Shown here one piece after another: positions 1-12,799 of a DNA stretch of 61,783 nt. Each line of letters opens with the position of its first letter. The first letter of the stretch is position 1. The position numbers were made by a program, and so were the translations under genes. A model generated the notes under the pieces. The model ran no database searches. It was given only the letters and a program-made list of their open reading frames with translations, and was not told where the DNA came from. Origin of the DNA: Octopus bimaculoides (Eukaryota); assembly GCF_001194135.2 (NCBI RefSeq), contig NC_068982.1, positions 92,993,313 to 93,055,095 of the forward strand. Direction: 5' to 3'.

Positions 1-339
1 TCTCTCTCTCTGAAAGTATCTGTCATTACAGTATCGAAATGTGATTGTTTCAGTTAGAGGAATAGTTTCATTTTTCAAGTGAAAGTATTTGACATGAGTG
101 TTTTTGTTTCACTTTTGACACGTAATACTTAAATAGTGGAGGAGATATTATGTTGCCGTGGGCTCGAACTCTGCAAGAAGTTTAAACATTTTTTTGACTA
201 AAACACAACTGGAACCCTAAGTAAGGCATGTGTAAAATTTGAATGAAATTGGTTGCGTAGTTCTCGAGTTTTAGGGATACACACACACACACACACAGAC
301 AGACAGACACACATTCTCATTTTTATATATATAGATAGA
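1..339 (-). mobile_element. 5' end of a non-autonomous Helitron-like element (continues off the left edge)
   Basis: Minus strand reads A|TCTATCTATATATATAAAAATGAGAATGTGTGTCTGTCTGTCTGTGTG. This is an A|TC start followed by a TA run and TCTG/TG microsatellite, typical of non-autonomous Helitron 5' ends. Confidence 0.6.
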
Positions 340-1404
340 TGGCCAAGTGAGTGAACGTTAGAAGTAAGAACGCTGGTTTACATAGAGTTATAACGGGAGG
401 GCGGCTGTAAATGCTATATTAAAGGTTTAAATTGAATGATTAAAATAGGGGGGCAAAATGGATCACAGTAAAGAAACTAAAGCCGTAAACTATAAGCTAA
501 TCCAAATGTGGAGGAAGGGAGAGAATCAAGAGAGTTCAACATATATAAAAATTTCTCCTTAAGGAAAAAAATAGTAACATACTAATTTAAAGCGAAGAAT
601 GTAAATATAATAAATAAATAAAGCATCATAGCCTTGTAATATATTATATTAATATACGGATATTAACGCAAATTAATGGTAAAACAAGGTACAGGATATT
701 TAGTTGAGAAATAATAATAATAATAATATACAAGCTTACTAGGTACAGAAAAAGTGAGAGAGTGTACATACCTTGGTCTTCAAAAACGGTTAATCTATTC
801 GGCCTGGAGCGGGGAAAGAGTTCTTGAAAGGCTCCCCAATTTGATTTTTTATTACAATATTGGTCAAATTAATGCGTATTTTAGCAAAATATCATAATGA
901 AAAAGCTTACCTTCTTCGTTTAGTTCTGAATAGCTTTAGCTTTAACATTTTTATCTCTGTAGAATGACTTTATCAGATTTTCACCGATTTGGCTTGTCTT
1001 TTACTGGCTTTGTTCGGTTAAATTTAAATGTGTGAGCATCGGTGTGTTGACTGTTGAATGTATATGTGTGTGATGTATTTTTATGTTTAACGAGTCTTTT
1101 TTTTTTTTATCAAGAAATATAAAATAAAAGCTGGAAAGAAAAATCAATAAATTTTTTTTCAATGGCATGTCATACAGCAAAATTATAATACGTTGTTAAT
1201 GATTAGATTATATGCTATAATGATTAGGGATAAACGTTAATGTGATATGATTGTTTGTTATCTTTTTTTCCTGCAGATATTTCTTCTCTGGTGAACTTAA
1301 AAGTTCGCATAAAATATTGAAAACCTTTCCTCATGCTCAAGTAATTCAGAGACAACTTCTTCATGCAAAACAATAAAGTTAACCCTAACCCCAAAATTTA
1401 CTTT

Positions 1405-1508
1405 TCGTCGGTTTCCTTTTTTCGGAAACCATTAGATTACAGTAACGTAAAAAAACCAACACCGGTTTGTCAAGCGGTGGTAGAGGACATGCACAAATGC
1501 AAAGACAC

Positions 1509-1541
<33 letters not shown>

Positions 1542-1652
1542 TGATGCACTTCCGAACAGCTTTTGTCTACCAAATTCATTCGCAGAAGGATGGAACCAAA
1601 ATCCATGTGGTTGCAAAGCGAGCTTCTTAGCCACATAGTTATGCTTGCACCT
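1405..1652 (-). mobile_element. SINE family A copy (tRNA-headed), internally deleted
   Basis: Shares CACCGGTTTGTCAAGCG and CCATGTGGTTG...CTTAGCCACA blocks with the copies at 6720 and 16770; the central GGCACCTTGGGCAAG block is missing. Confidence 0.7.
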
Positions 1653-1803
1653 ATGTATATGTGCTTATAGTTCATAAAGCACATGTTCATATAGGCATCT
1701 TTATTGTTTTCAATCATATTCTGAATAATTCTCTTTCCAGATCCTCACAGTTAGATACGATGAGATCTTACATAATAAACAATGAGTTTTAAAATGTCAG
1801 TCT

Positions 1804-1861
1804 ATTTTAAACACCCATAGAGGCTAATAGTTCACTATTAGCCTCTATGGGTGTTTAAAAT
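1804..1861. repeat. Perfect 28-bp inverted repeat with 2-nt spacer
   Basis: ATTTTAAACACCCATAGAGGCTAATAGT (1804-1831), TC, then the exact reverse complement (1834-1861). Confidence 0.95.
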
Positions 1862-2289
1862 CAACGATAGTAAAAAGAAAAACACAAACAAGCAAACAAG
1901 GGAGATAATTCTGATTAGATTAGTTGATAGAAAGTTTTGGGCATTATAGACAATGTAGATTCAAATAGATTCGTTTTCAATTTCTGTCACGTAATTTGTT
2001 GTTGAAATCCGAGCGATTTTCCTCAACCTTGCTGTAAGTGTGAATCGTCATGTTACATGTAACCTCATGTGAATCGTCATGTCACTTTATTATCATCAGA
2101 GACCTTCTTGTAGTGTATGTTTGTCATTAACTGACATGTGACTATAAAATATGCTTTATTTCTACAGTCAATTATGCAATAGATCACATTTTAAATTATA
2201 ACATTTAGATACAAAGAAACAGAAAGATAAAAAATGGAGTGGGGTAAAGCAACATAAGATGGAGGGTGAGGAGACAATGACTCATATAC

Positions 2290-2764
2290 CCCGGAATAAA
2301 TGGTGTGCCTAGCCGCGTCCCTCGGTAGTGACCACGATAGGGTTGCCGCTGAGAGTAGCTAACGACACTCGCTGCAGCAGCCACTCCACCTCGTAGGACT
2401 CATTTCTCAGACGGGCCGCCGTTATCCTGATTTTGTGAAGGAAATCAGTAGTACGGGGTCCGATAACACCTGACTTCTCGACGGCGACCGACACAAAGTG
2501 ACAGCGGTCGGTCAGGCTCCTGTATTTATTGATTTTTCTCTCCTTTGTGTTACGGGAGGCAACATCCAGGTTTGCGCCGATGCAGCAAGTTTGGAGTCGG
2601 AGAACGTGTCGATGCAGGTCGCATCCCAGACTAAGGACCTGGCTCCTTCGAACGGGAAAAGAGTTATTCCGTCAAGGCGCTTGCCAAGACTGGCCAACCT
2701 GAGGCCCACGAGCCGCATGCAGCCCGCAGACTTTTACCTTGTGGCCCGCTTGATACTTTCTTGA
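2290..2764 (-). mobile_element. Non-LTR retrotransposon 3' fragment with restriction-like endonuclease (CRE-like)
   Basis: Frameshifted ORFs GKRLDGITLFPFEGARSLVWDATCIDTF and VAVEKSGVIGP...WLLQRVSLATLSGN match the RPDG...LVWDATC...AVET.G..G...QR.S.A...GN RLE C-terminus. Confidence 0.8.
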
Positions 2765-3289
2765 AATGGGTTTACTTAAACATTTAAAAATTTTTATCAA
2801 AAATTAAAGATTGTAATGAAAAGTAAAAAAGAAAGATACTACTGTTTTTGCAAGGATAATGTTTCGTGTTGAACCAACGATCATTCATTCGTTATTGTGA
2901 TAATATCATGAGAAAGCAAATTGTTTTCAATTTTGCCAGCAGTGTTCTATTTTCGCAGCACGCGTATGTAGTTTGCAAGTGTTAATTGAACATCTTTTTT
3001 GCTATCTTTTATATGTACGCACGTTTATGTATACACTTTAAAATATACAAGTGGCCCTCAAAAAACTTTTTGAGATTAAAGTGGCCCGCAATGTAATTCG
3101 AGTTGGCCAGGCCTGGTGTATACAAATTACTACTACTACTACTACTGCTACTGCTGCTGCTATTACTGCTGCTGTTATTGCTGTTGCTGCTACACAGTGT
3201 TACATGTATCTGCTATTTCACCCTTTAGCTTCATGTGTCTTACACGTAATCTTACGAACCAACCAGAGCACCTGTGTCTCCGTTATCGC

Positions 3290-3460
3290 TCGATCTTCTA
3301 CAAATAACAGCTAAATATCCTTCAACTCAAACCCTACCGTCTGAAACAACGAAGAAAGCATTGGATAATTTATGGATGCGTACCCTCTTTTGAAAAACAC
3401 AGGATGGTTATTACTGGAATACTTCTGATCATAGTCTGCTGAATCAGGGTTGACCCCCTG
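3290..3460 (+). repeat. Unclassified dispersed repeat family C
   Basis: Similar by eye to 44035-44205 and 59120-59290 (AAATARCAGCYAAAT.TCC.T.AA...CATTGGATAA...GATGG...CTGGAA...GATCA). Confidence 0.55.
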
Positions 3461-3467
3461 GTTTAAA

Positions 3468-3623
3468 AGCAGAAGTTTGCTTCCCGAGTACATGGCTCTG
3501 GGTTCAGTCCCACTGCGTGGCACCTTGGCCAAATGTCTTATTCTATAGCCTCGGGCCCACCAAAGCCTTGTGAGTGGATTTGGTCGATGGAAATTGAAGG
3601 AAGTCCATCGTACATATATATGC

Positions 3624-3675
<52 letters not shown>

Positions 3676-3790
3676 GCGTGTGCGTGTGTGTATTGGCATT
3701 GTGTATGTTTGTGTCCCACAACCGCTTGTCAACCGGTGCTGGTTTGTTTACGTCCCCGTAACTTAGAGGTTAGGCAAGGAAACCAGTTGT
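3468..3790 (+). mobile_element. SINE family A copy
   Basis: B-box-like GGTTCAGTCCC, then GGCACCTTGGCCAAATGTCTT (CORE-like block), internal (TA)/(TG) microsatellite and ACCGCTTGTCAACCGGTGCTGG tail. Confidence 0.85.
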
Positions 3791-3832
3791 CAAGGATATT
3801 GATTTCAAATGTAACACGTGTGTGCATACTAT

Positions 3833-3876
<44 letters not shown>

Positions 3877-3886
3877 NNNNNNNNNN

Positions 3887-3929
<43 letters not shown>

Positions 3930-3931
<2 letters not shown>

Positions 3932-4142
3932 CAGTTGCAAATTTTGCGACAAGGGCAGCAATTTTGGAGGAGGGGATCAGTCGATTACATCGACCCCAGT
4001 GTTTCACTGGTACTTAATTTATCGACCTCGAAAGGATGAAAGGCAAAGTCAACCAGAATTTGAACTCAGAACATGAAGACAGACGAAAATACCGCAAAGC
4101 ATTTCGCCCGGCGTTCTAACAATTCTACCAGCTCACCGCCTT
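3930..4142 (-). mobile_element. SINE family B copy inserted in (AAT)n/(AAC)n
   Basis: Minus strand AAGGCGGTGAGCTGGTAGAATTGTTAG (A-box-like), GAGTTCAAATTC (B-box-like), CTTTGCCTTTCATCCTTTCGAGGTCGATAAATTAAGTACC central domain; trinucleotide arrays on both sides. Confidence 0.85.
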
Positions 4143-4167
4143 TAACAACAACAACAACAACAACAAC

Positions 4168-4241
<74 letters not shown>

Positions 4242-5645
4242 TGATGATATCCGACGGTTTTTTTCTCTTACTCTCGACAGAAAGAGGGAAATTCCAAGGA
4301 CGACATATCAAAATATCTGAAATAATAGAGGGCTGCACATGTATCATATTGCCTTATAAACCTCTTAATGCATATTAGACTCATCAGTTCCTATCTTGGC
4401 TGATTTGTAACACTAACAACACTTAAATGGAAGTATTACCAATTGTGTGAACTTGGTTATGGTTGCATTAGTTAGAAAGAGCACAAACACAAACGAAAAT
4501 GTTGAACCCAAAATTATGCTAAATATATGCAACCAAGATGATCATTAGCAACAGGCTTTTATTCTGGACAGAATCCTCGGACACGCATTAATTATTGAGT
4601 ACTAATGTTACCATACCTACTTGATAATATACAGGTGTTGATATGGATCCAGAAATAAGTGACAAGCACCTACAACCTTATAGTGGCAATTTATCATTTG
4701 GCAGGTGAAAAAGGTCTATTTTGGGGGCTCTTTGTTACAAGAAATATTTAGCCGGAATATGATTTTGCTTATTTTGGTAGGACTGGATTTCTTTGATCAA
4801 AAAGTTCATTTACTCTACAGGTAATCTCGAGCAAGCTTTGCACTCATTGGAACTGTCAAGCCAATTCTGTAAATGGTCTTCCAAGAAAATACTGTACAAG
4901 ACATTATCACTGATGCTATTTATAACAAAGTGCCGTAAACGCTTCACAACATTCTAACCAGGTATTCATCATCAACTGATACTTGATAATGCTACCAGCT
5001 GTTGGTATCTGTTTCAAGGGTTATGCAGATGTTCTGGAAACTAAATCTGCAGCAATGTATTACGGCTGCCGCAATTTCAGATATTTTTTGTTTTGATCAG
5101 GATTGTCATTTGTAATGCACGTATTTCTGCTATATCAATCAGACTAAGCCGTTGTTTTGGTCAACTATCGGCTAATGATAGGCATCTGGCTAGATTGTTG
5201 TGAAGCGTTCACAACTCTTTAAGTAACTAGAAAAGGTTGTAATTAAAAAGTCTACCTTTGCGTTTTGTTGTAAATAGCACAAGCGGCGGTATCAACTGGA
5301 TGCTTTTAATGCCTGTCCTGTACAATCTTTTCTTGGAAGATTGTCACAGAATTAGTTTGTTAGTTCCATGGAATGCAAAGCCTGTTCAATATTACCAGCA
5401 CAGTTATGGGAGTGCATTCAGTCAGGGTATCTGTACAGAGAATGCTATCGCTCTATACTTGCTTGTCTGGAGATTTTTCATATCAAACAGTAGATACAGC
5501 GTATCAGACAGACCTGGCTATCTGACAATTTGTTGTCAGTTTTTTAGACTGACCAAACGAATTCATTGCTTTAGCGGTTTTCCATGTCTGCTGCACGAGG
5601 CTGTAAGAGTGAAGTTAAGTTTACAATTTTCACACACACACACAC

Positions 5646-5710
<65 letters not shown>

Positions 5711-6719
5711 GGTTCTGTAGACACTTCAACAAGATCTATTCTACCTAGTTATTTCCATTTAAATTAATAATTCTTTTACTCCGATTATATTTAATCATCA
5801 TAAACAAACCCGTTAGAGTGAGAGGAATTCGATTATTTTCGTCATCCGTTTACATTTTGATTTGTCGTTTCGCTCAATAATTCATGTACACCGTGTTTAC
5901 GTTGAAAATAAATTTAATTTTCATGTTGACATTTAATAAATCGCTTAACTTCAATTAGATTCATCACTTTTAGGCTAACGATTCAGTTAATGATCTGTGC
6001 TTTACAAACAGCTGAAAAGCTACAAAAACATTTTAAAATATATAATAGCCATTTGATAGACAAGATCAAGGAATGTTATTTGTCTGAAGATAATCGCTTT
6101 TATATAATGATCAAAATCACTGTATTTGAATATGCGTTCTTTTAGAATACAATATTTTTTACATTGATCACTTTTTAAAACATTTTCCTATATTCTTTGA
6201 ACCGAAAATCATCAAGTAAAGGTTGTCAGCGTTGTCGGTTTCATTTCACTGACGGAAGAGTGTTGATAAGAAAATTACTAATAATTTAATCAATCTTCAA
6301 ACAATCTTGATAGACTGTTTTCAACCTCCACAAAAAACACACTGGGACCATAGTTTGATTTTTATTTTTTATTCAACGGACAACGACTAATCAACGAAGT
6401 CTTTGGGCACGTCTCAGATCCCGTTTCTTCATGTTTCAAACACGTCTAAATTAATTTAAATATTGAAATTATGGAGAACCACAGCCAATTAATGCTTCTG
6501 TGATGGAAATTTTACAAGTAGATTGCCGCAGAAAGCCTCATTACAAAGAAGGTGTACTTTATTATTTTCCATAACTGTAATGTGTATAGAGCAACTTTTG
6601 AAATCGATCTTGCTTGATTTATTACTTGCTTTGTCATTGAATTACGGTCATACTGGGGCACAACCTTGAAAGGTTTAGTTGAATAAATCGAACCCAATTC
6701 TTTATTTTTAAGTCCGGTA

Positions 6720-6968
6720 CTTACTCTATCAATCTGTTTTACTGAGCCACTAATTTACGGTGACGTAAACAAACTAACACCGGTTGTCAAGCAGTGGGGA
6801 GTAACAAGCACACATACAGACACCCCCATTCTACGGGCTTCCTCACAGTTTCCATCTACCAAATTTATTCACAAGGTATTAGTCGGCCCGGAGCTATAGT
6901 AGATGAAACTGAACCCGAACCTGCGTGGTTACAAAGTGAGCTCCTTAGGCACACAATTATGTCTGCGC
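6720..6968 (-). mobile_element. SINE family A copy
   Basis: Colinear with 16770-17087 (GTAAACA..CCAACACCGGTTGTCAAGC...GGCCCGGAGCTATAGTAGA...CTGAACCCGAACC). Confidence 0.8.
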
Positions 6969-7539
6969 ATAGATGTGAGATATTAATCATATTGATGATA
7001 TCGAATTTATATGCATTCAGTTTATAGAGCACCCAGCAAAAAAAAAAAATGATTAGGAAAACTAATTTAAGTTTAAAATGGGTCTTTAAAATTGAGTTTT
7101 ACAATGTTCAACGTCGTAATGATTATGCGTGTATCACTTAGATGATATAGACCCTAGCGAGTTGAGTCATATTCAAGTTGTAGCAATTTTTTCTTCATTC
7201 ACATCTGTTAAGAAATCGGGAAATACATCAAAATCACAGTTTCCCATACATCACTCCAAAATAAATCCATCGAATCCATACAGTGAATTGTACCATTTTT
7301 TGTGTCAGAGTTTTGTCATCTTATCTTTTCTATATTAATATGATTTCAAAATGGTTTTGAGTTTCTAAAATAGAAAGAAGAAACACCATAGGGATATAAA
7401 ACCTACAATATTTATGAGAGTGCATTACAGTATTAATTTTGTTATTAATTAGTCAGAAAAGTCTGGATAGTTCTTTGACCTTTTAAAGACCTTCCAGTTA
7501 AGTGAAATCAACGTGTCAACGTCTGCTAGAAAATAGGCG

Positions 7540-8200
7540 AGAAGAATTTCAAGTGAGTTGCAGGACTGGAGTGGAATGATTGGAGAAAGTATTTTTACTG
7601 AGACCAGTGGGCTAACACAATAGGGAAAGCCTTAGTTATTTGCAGCTTGTTAATTCACATGAGCTGAGGCTGTTACAGTAAAAGTAGAAACTGAGAAAAG
7701 AAACATTATGTTTGTAAGCTAGTGATTGTAGCGTGCGGTAAAAGAGTCTGTCAATAAGTGAACGATTTTCTTTTGGACGCAGTTTTGGATGTATGCTTGT
7801 AGTACCAGCACCGTTCCAGAAATGTAACCTTTATTCTAATGTGGACTGTTCTTGAGTTATGAAGAAAGTCTTCCACAAATACGCTCTGAAGAAGAAATTT
7901 AGTTTTGTGGTACTGTTTTGTTGTGCAGTTTTGACAATGCTTTATATGTGAAGTCACCATGATAACTCATCAGAAATTAGGAAGCCTAGTATTTCTTGTG
8001 ATTTTGATGGCTTAAATGGTGTGTTATCTACACGTATAAATGGCGTTAACGAAGACTGTTTTCTAGATAGCTGAATGGTTGTATTTAGGATCTGTTAAAA
8101 TAGTGCAGGTTGTCGCATCAGCTTTGAATTTAGTATTCACGACCTCAGACCATAAAATTAAAGCAAGTCTGACGTGAAGAAATGCTTAGAATGTATGTAA
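7540..8200 (-). mobile_element. Decayed CR1/L2-like LINE 3' fragment
   Basis: Minus frames give STLE*RLHFWNGAGTTSI and VQKK, resembling the RPxLEYxSHIWxGA...RVQKKA post-RT region; related to 26063-26400. Confidence 0.5.
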
Positions 8201-8634
8201 ATGACGCCTATAAACGAGTAATAAAAAGTGATAACATCTGCGTTGCAACATAAACAAGTAGAAGTAACAGAATATGGATCGTTAAAGTACAAAGGAATTA
8301 ATGTTTCTGGGTAACCAAATCATAAGATGTAGTAGAGTTTATAGAGTCTATGTATCGGTGAGAGTCCCGCCCAGACACATTGTAATGCAGCAGTCTGACA
8401 AGAAACATCCGACCTAAAAGATGAGAAATTAATTTTATAGATTAATGGGGAGGGGTTATGTGACAATGGCCTGCCAGATTTAGTCGCTTTTGACAAGTAA
8501 ACACTGCTTTATCTAAATACAAATTGATATACTAATATGTATATATCGGAATAGTTTTATGAAATTTTATTATACATATTTTGAACTTTGTATGGGTTAA
8601 AGAAGATATACAGTTGCTATGTTAAAGTTGGGCA

Positions 8635-8760
8635 GGTAGTTGGCAGAAGTCCGAGCACGCCAGACACAATGTCTTCGAATATTTTCTTTTCTTATGTTCT
8701 AAGTTCATATGTCAGTCGTTTGCCTTCATTCCTCTGTAGTTTGAAAAATATTTACCAATA
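8635..8760 (+). mobile_element. Degenerate SINE family B copy
   Basis: GGCAGGTAGTTGGCAGAAG...GCACGCCAGAC...ATGTTCTAAGTTCA...TTTGCCTTCAT. Confidence 0.5.
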
Positions 8761-10559
8761 GTATAAACAATATAAAGAAGTCGATAAAATTGACAGTATA
8801 CTGACGTAACAAAAGCTGGCATTCTGATTAGGCAAAATCATTATTATATGGATCACTTACACCCACAAAAACGCGACAATCATAAATCCCATTTCGCGTC
8901 CCTTGAAGATATGTTTCATGTTAGAAACCTAATCAAAAGGCAGTATTACTTTTTGTTATTAGTATTAGTTTTCGAGATGAGGCTACTTTCAAATGTAGGA
9001 TGCGAAAATCGATACAAACGTTGTAAACGATTTGATTCACGTTATATAATGAGTTTTTCCGAAGTAATGATTCTTGATAAATGAGAATGCCACTCACGGT
9101 AAGAGAAATGGCAGTGACTATTGATTTTTCAAATCTAATAATGGTATTGTATCACCATTTAGCTTCCATATTTATGGAGTTCTGGTTAGAAATAAGTTAA
9201 CACAGTTTATCGGGGAGTTTCGTGAATCCAACGTAAAAGATGTTTCTGCTTTGCTTCTAAAAAAATTCAGTTTTGTTAACTAATCAATATGATATTTTTT
9301 GGTAACCTGTCAATCAATAATAAATATAAAATACAGGAAAAGTCTGTAGAGAAACGATAAGTCTCTGGGGGAGACCTTAATCGATTTGAGCATAGGTTGT
9401 TAAGCTACTTAAGCAACTTCAAACTTACAAACGTCCCAGTATCAGTTCCTTGTCTCTTTAAATGCAAAACACTTGTACTCTGTTGATGAGGAAACGGCGA
9501 AATGTCACCGACGAGAGAAAAACCAGCAGGGTCAGTGAGATCGGAAACCGGAGGCCGAGGTGGTAAGGTCAATCCAGTGTCGTCACGCCAAACGCTGCAT
9601 ATCTGTTGGGGGTTAAACATTAACAAAAGCGATCAGAATAGTTGAAAGCGTTTACTATGCATGTCTGAAAGCTTTGTTGCTTAAATACAACAAATGCCTA
9701 AAAAAAAAAGCCATCTTTAATGAGAAAATTAATAAGAATTTAATATTTTTTCGCAATCTATATTTTTATTTCCGAGATATATCGGCGAGTTTAGCGATAA
9801 AAGTGTTTTTTATTGATAAAATAATGGTTATATTATGTTTTATTTTGTTATTGTTTGAGGTTATTGATGAATTATTACTTTTGCAACAATTGCTCTCAGT
9901 GTGGAGATACTATTTTGTTTTTCAAAGCAAATGTCTTCAAATGAAGATAAATCAACAGTATATTGGTCATAGTTGGAAATCACATTTTTCTGTGTTTGCT
10001 GATTTATATTAGTCAAATTCTCAAATTGATAGGAAATCAATTTTTTTCACTATCTACATCAAATCAGTGTAAAAAAAATAAACACTAGATTTCAGCAAAA
10101 CTAGTGGTGGTTTGCATCAGCAATGATCGAATAAAAGTAAAATGCAAACAGCTGAGACACCTTAGTGTATTGTAAGGTTTCACTATGTAAAACGAAATAT
10201 ATATATGTTCTGTTACAAGTATACGAATTAGAAGCACACGAATATACTTCAGTTTTTTCTAATTAAAAGAGAATATTTGTTACTTTAAAAACAGATGAGA
10301 AAAAACAAACAAAAACATTTCAAGCGGTTGAATTAGAGTTTAAACTTCATGACACCCAAATCTAAATGATTTCTTACTTAAATAGAGAACCGGCATTGAT
10401 ACCTATCAATACCATGTTCAAATCACACTGTGGTTCACTTCAGGCTACATTTCTCCTGGATAGATGAAACTTATCGATAAAGTCTGTAAAAAAAAAAATT
10501 AATATTTTTTCTATCACTCATAAGAAGTGGTGCTTTACTGAGTCCTTACGGATCGGTGG

Positions 10560-10760
10560 ATAGAAATGGCTTAGAGTAGATGATACGGTAGATGTTCAGT
10601 TTGAAATTTAGATGCTGCTGCTGTCCCATTGGAAGTAAAGCCGGTCGGTTCAGACCGAGAGAATAGTCAAAGATAGGACAGTATCACCATTTTCCCGTTC
10701 CAAGGCTCCAAGTCTCTAATTTGTGATGCAGCTTGTAGGTATTTGTCGCTTTCTGGTGTC
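10560..10760 (+). mobile_element. Second, more decayed CRE-like RLE fragment
   Basis: Translates AAVPLEVKPVGSDRENSQR*DSITIFPFQGSKSLICDAAC, homologous to DGITLFPFEGARSLVWDATC at 2512-2718. Confidence 0.65.
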
Positions 10761-11084
10761 CCTTGAAGAAATTTATCCAGATAAAGTTTGAAAGTGATGG
10801 AATCTTTTCTTTTTGATTTGTTCTGGGATTATATTAAAAAGGGCAGGGCCTGTTGAGGAAAAGAAATTGTTTGCAGTACATATATGTGGTGTGCGCCTGT
10901 GTGTGGCACGTGGCACATGGTTCTGCCTTGGATGAATTCTGAATTTGATATTAAGGCCGTTTGGGCAACGTTGGTGATATTTTCTGCAATATTATGTTGT
11001 TCTCACGTGCAAATGATGTAGCCCCCCACGGCGGCACTGGAAAGAATATTAAAGCGGTCCCAATAGTAAAGGTTTGACATACCG

Positions 11085-11960
11085 TTTATTCACTAGTGAT
11101 TGCTCTTCTGGGTAATTCACTTCTCGTTATGTGGAGTGACCACGAGGGTGGGGGAGCAGTATTCTAGGTGTGGCCGAACAAAAGAGGAAAAAAGAGGAAT
11201 GATGACATCTGGCTCTCTGGATCGGAAGTTCTGAGGATCTAGGAGCTCATCCTGCGATCCATATCGATATTATCGTTGATGTGAGCCAACCGTGATTGTT
11301 ATCAACTATTACACCCTGATATAATTGGATGCTGTGAGTAGTTCCCTTGAAGGAAGAGAATATGGTTGTTTGAGAGAATTCACTTTTGCATAGTACATGA
11401 GTTCAAATTTTCCCTCATTTAATTGCGTATTGTTTTTGCCTGCCAATTTGACTCACAGCATGCTGGTCCGACTAGAGTTTAATTCGGTCTTCTCCATTGA
11501 TTAATATTCAAAGCTTGAAATCTTTTGTGAATATTATTTTGTTGTGCTTGATGACGCATGAGATGTCGTTTATATAGACTATAAAGAGAAGTAGGCCCAA
11601 AACAGTCCTCTGGGGAACACCACTGGAGACTTTTGGTGGGCTTGAGTGGATTCCATCGATCACAACATGTTGGGCTCTGTTCACCATGAAATAATCGGAT
11701 GCAGTATTTTACCATGGATTCTAATAACAAGAGGATACTGAGGTGGATTCTGTTGAAGGCTTTGCTGAAGTCAAGATATATAACGTTAGAGTTCGAACCT
11801 TTTCCCAAAACTTTAAGGATATCACCAATGTGATATGAGAGCTGCGTTAGGCAATCTCTGCCGCAGCAGTTATCCAAACATTCACTGCTTGTCGAAGATA
11901 ACCGCCCACTCACTGAATTTGATCGCAAATGTCCTGTAGCACTTTATGATGTATATTTGC
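11085..11960 (-). mobile_element. CR1-clade LINE reverse transcriptase fragment (pseudogenised)
   Basis: GRDCLTQL...VIYLDFSKAFNRI, GVPQRTVLG.LLFIVYINDI and FVRPHLEYCSP motifs across frameshifts. Confidence 0.85.
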
Positions 11961-12518
11961 CGGCTGCACATAACTGAAAACAACAAGATCTCGTAAATGC
12001 AAACAAAGTCTATCTGAAGATATTAAGGTCGGTCGATCCTTTCGCAAATGCATATATGAATCATTTCACGATATGATTAATAAGTCTTGTTGAGATTAAA
12101 CCTGGGCTGGTTTAATTTCATCACAAACATTCTTTCTCACTCGTCTCTGTCAGATGACAATGTGTGTGTATGCCTGTGTGCATGTGTTTATACAAACGCA
12201 AATGTATATGCATAGGTTACATAAGTACATAGATATATTCATGCATGTACAAACTTTACACATACATATTCACACTTCACCCCGCACTTATACACTGGGA
12301 AGACCGGATAATATTATTGTATATGATTATTTAAACTTTATAGGCAACGTCATTGTCCAGGGTGGACTAATTTCTGCATTCTATCGTTCGTATTTATTTT
12401 TGCTATGAATTAAAAAAGATGCCAGCGCTTCACTCAACCCCCACCATCTCTCTCAATGTGTCCACGCACACACACACACACGTGTGTGTGTGTGTGTGTG
12501 TGTGTGTGNNNNNNNNNN

Positions 12519-12564
<46 letters not shown>

Positions 12565-12799
12565 ACCTGCGTTGTTGTAGATTTAAAACATGTAAAATTC
12601 ACCTATTTCTCCGTTGACTGCAAAAAATGTCGTTGATTTTCGAGCTTAATTGTGTCTGATCAGAAGCGTTTACATTAATTGATCAACACCAGGTTCACAG
12701 TTAGCCAATCAAGTCTAGTAGCTTCAGAGAACTGGAACTTCTAATTTACATACCGTAAGAGTTTAACACTTTATAATTTAACTACAGTAGTAGTTGAAT

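Noticed and set aside
1277-1376. + strand terminal exon (cctgcag|A TAT TTC...CAA TAA)
   Set aside because: Good acceptor and 32 open codons, but no upstream partner exon or homology was found; compatible with chance.
5258-5767. 169-aa ORF as a host gene
   Set aside because: Non-ATG start, runs into (CA)/(GA) microsatellites and has no recognisable motif. The region 4430-5620 may be an old LINE relic but could not be supported.
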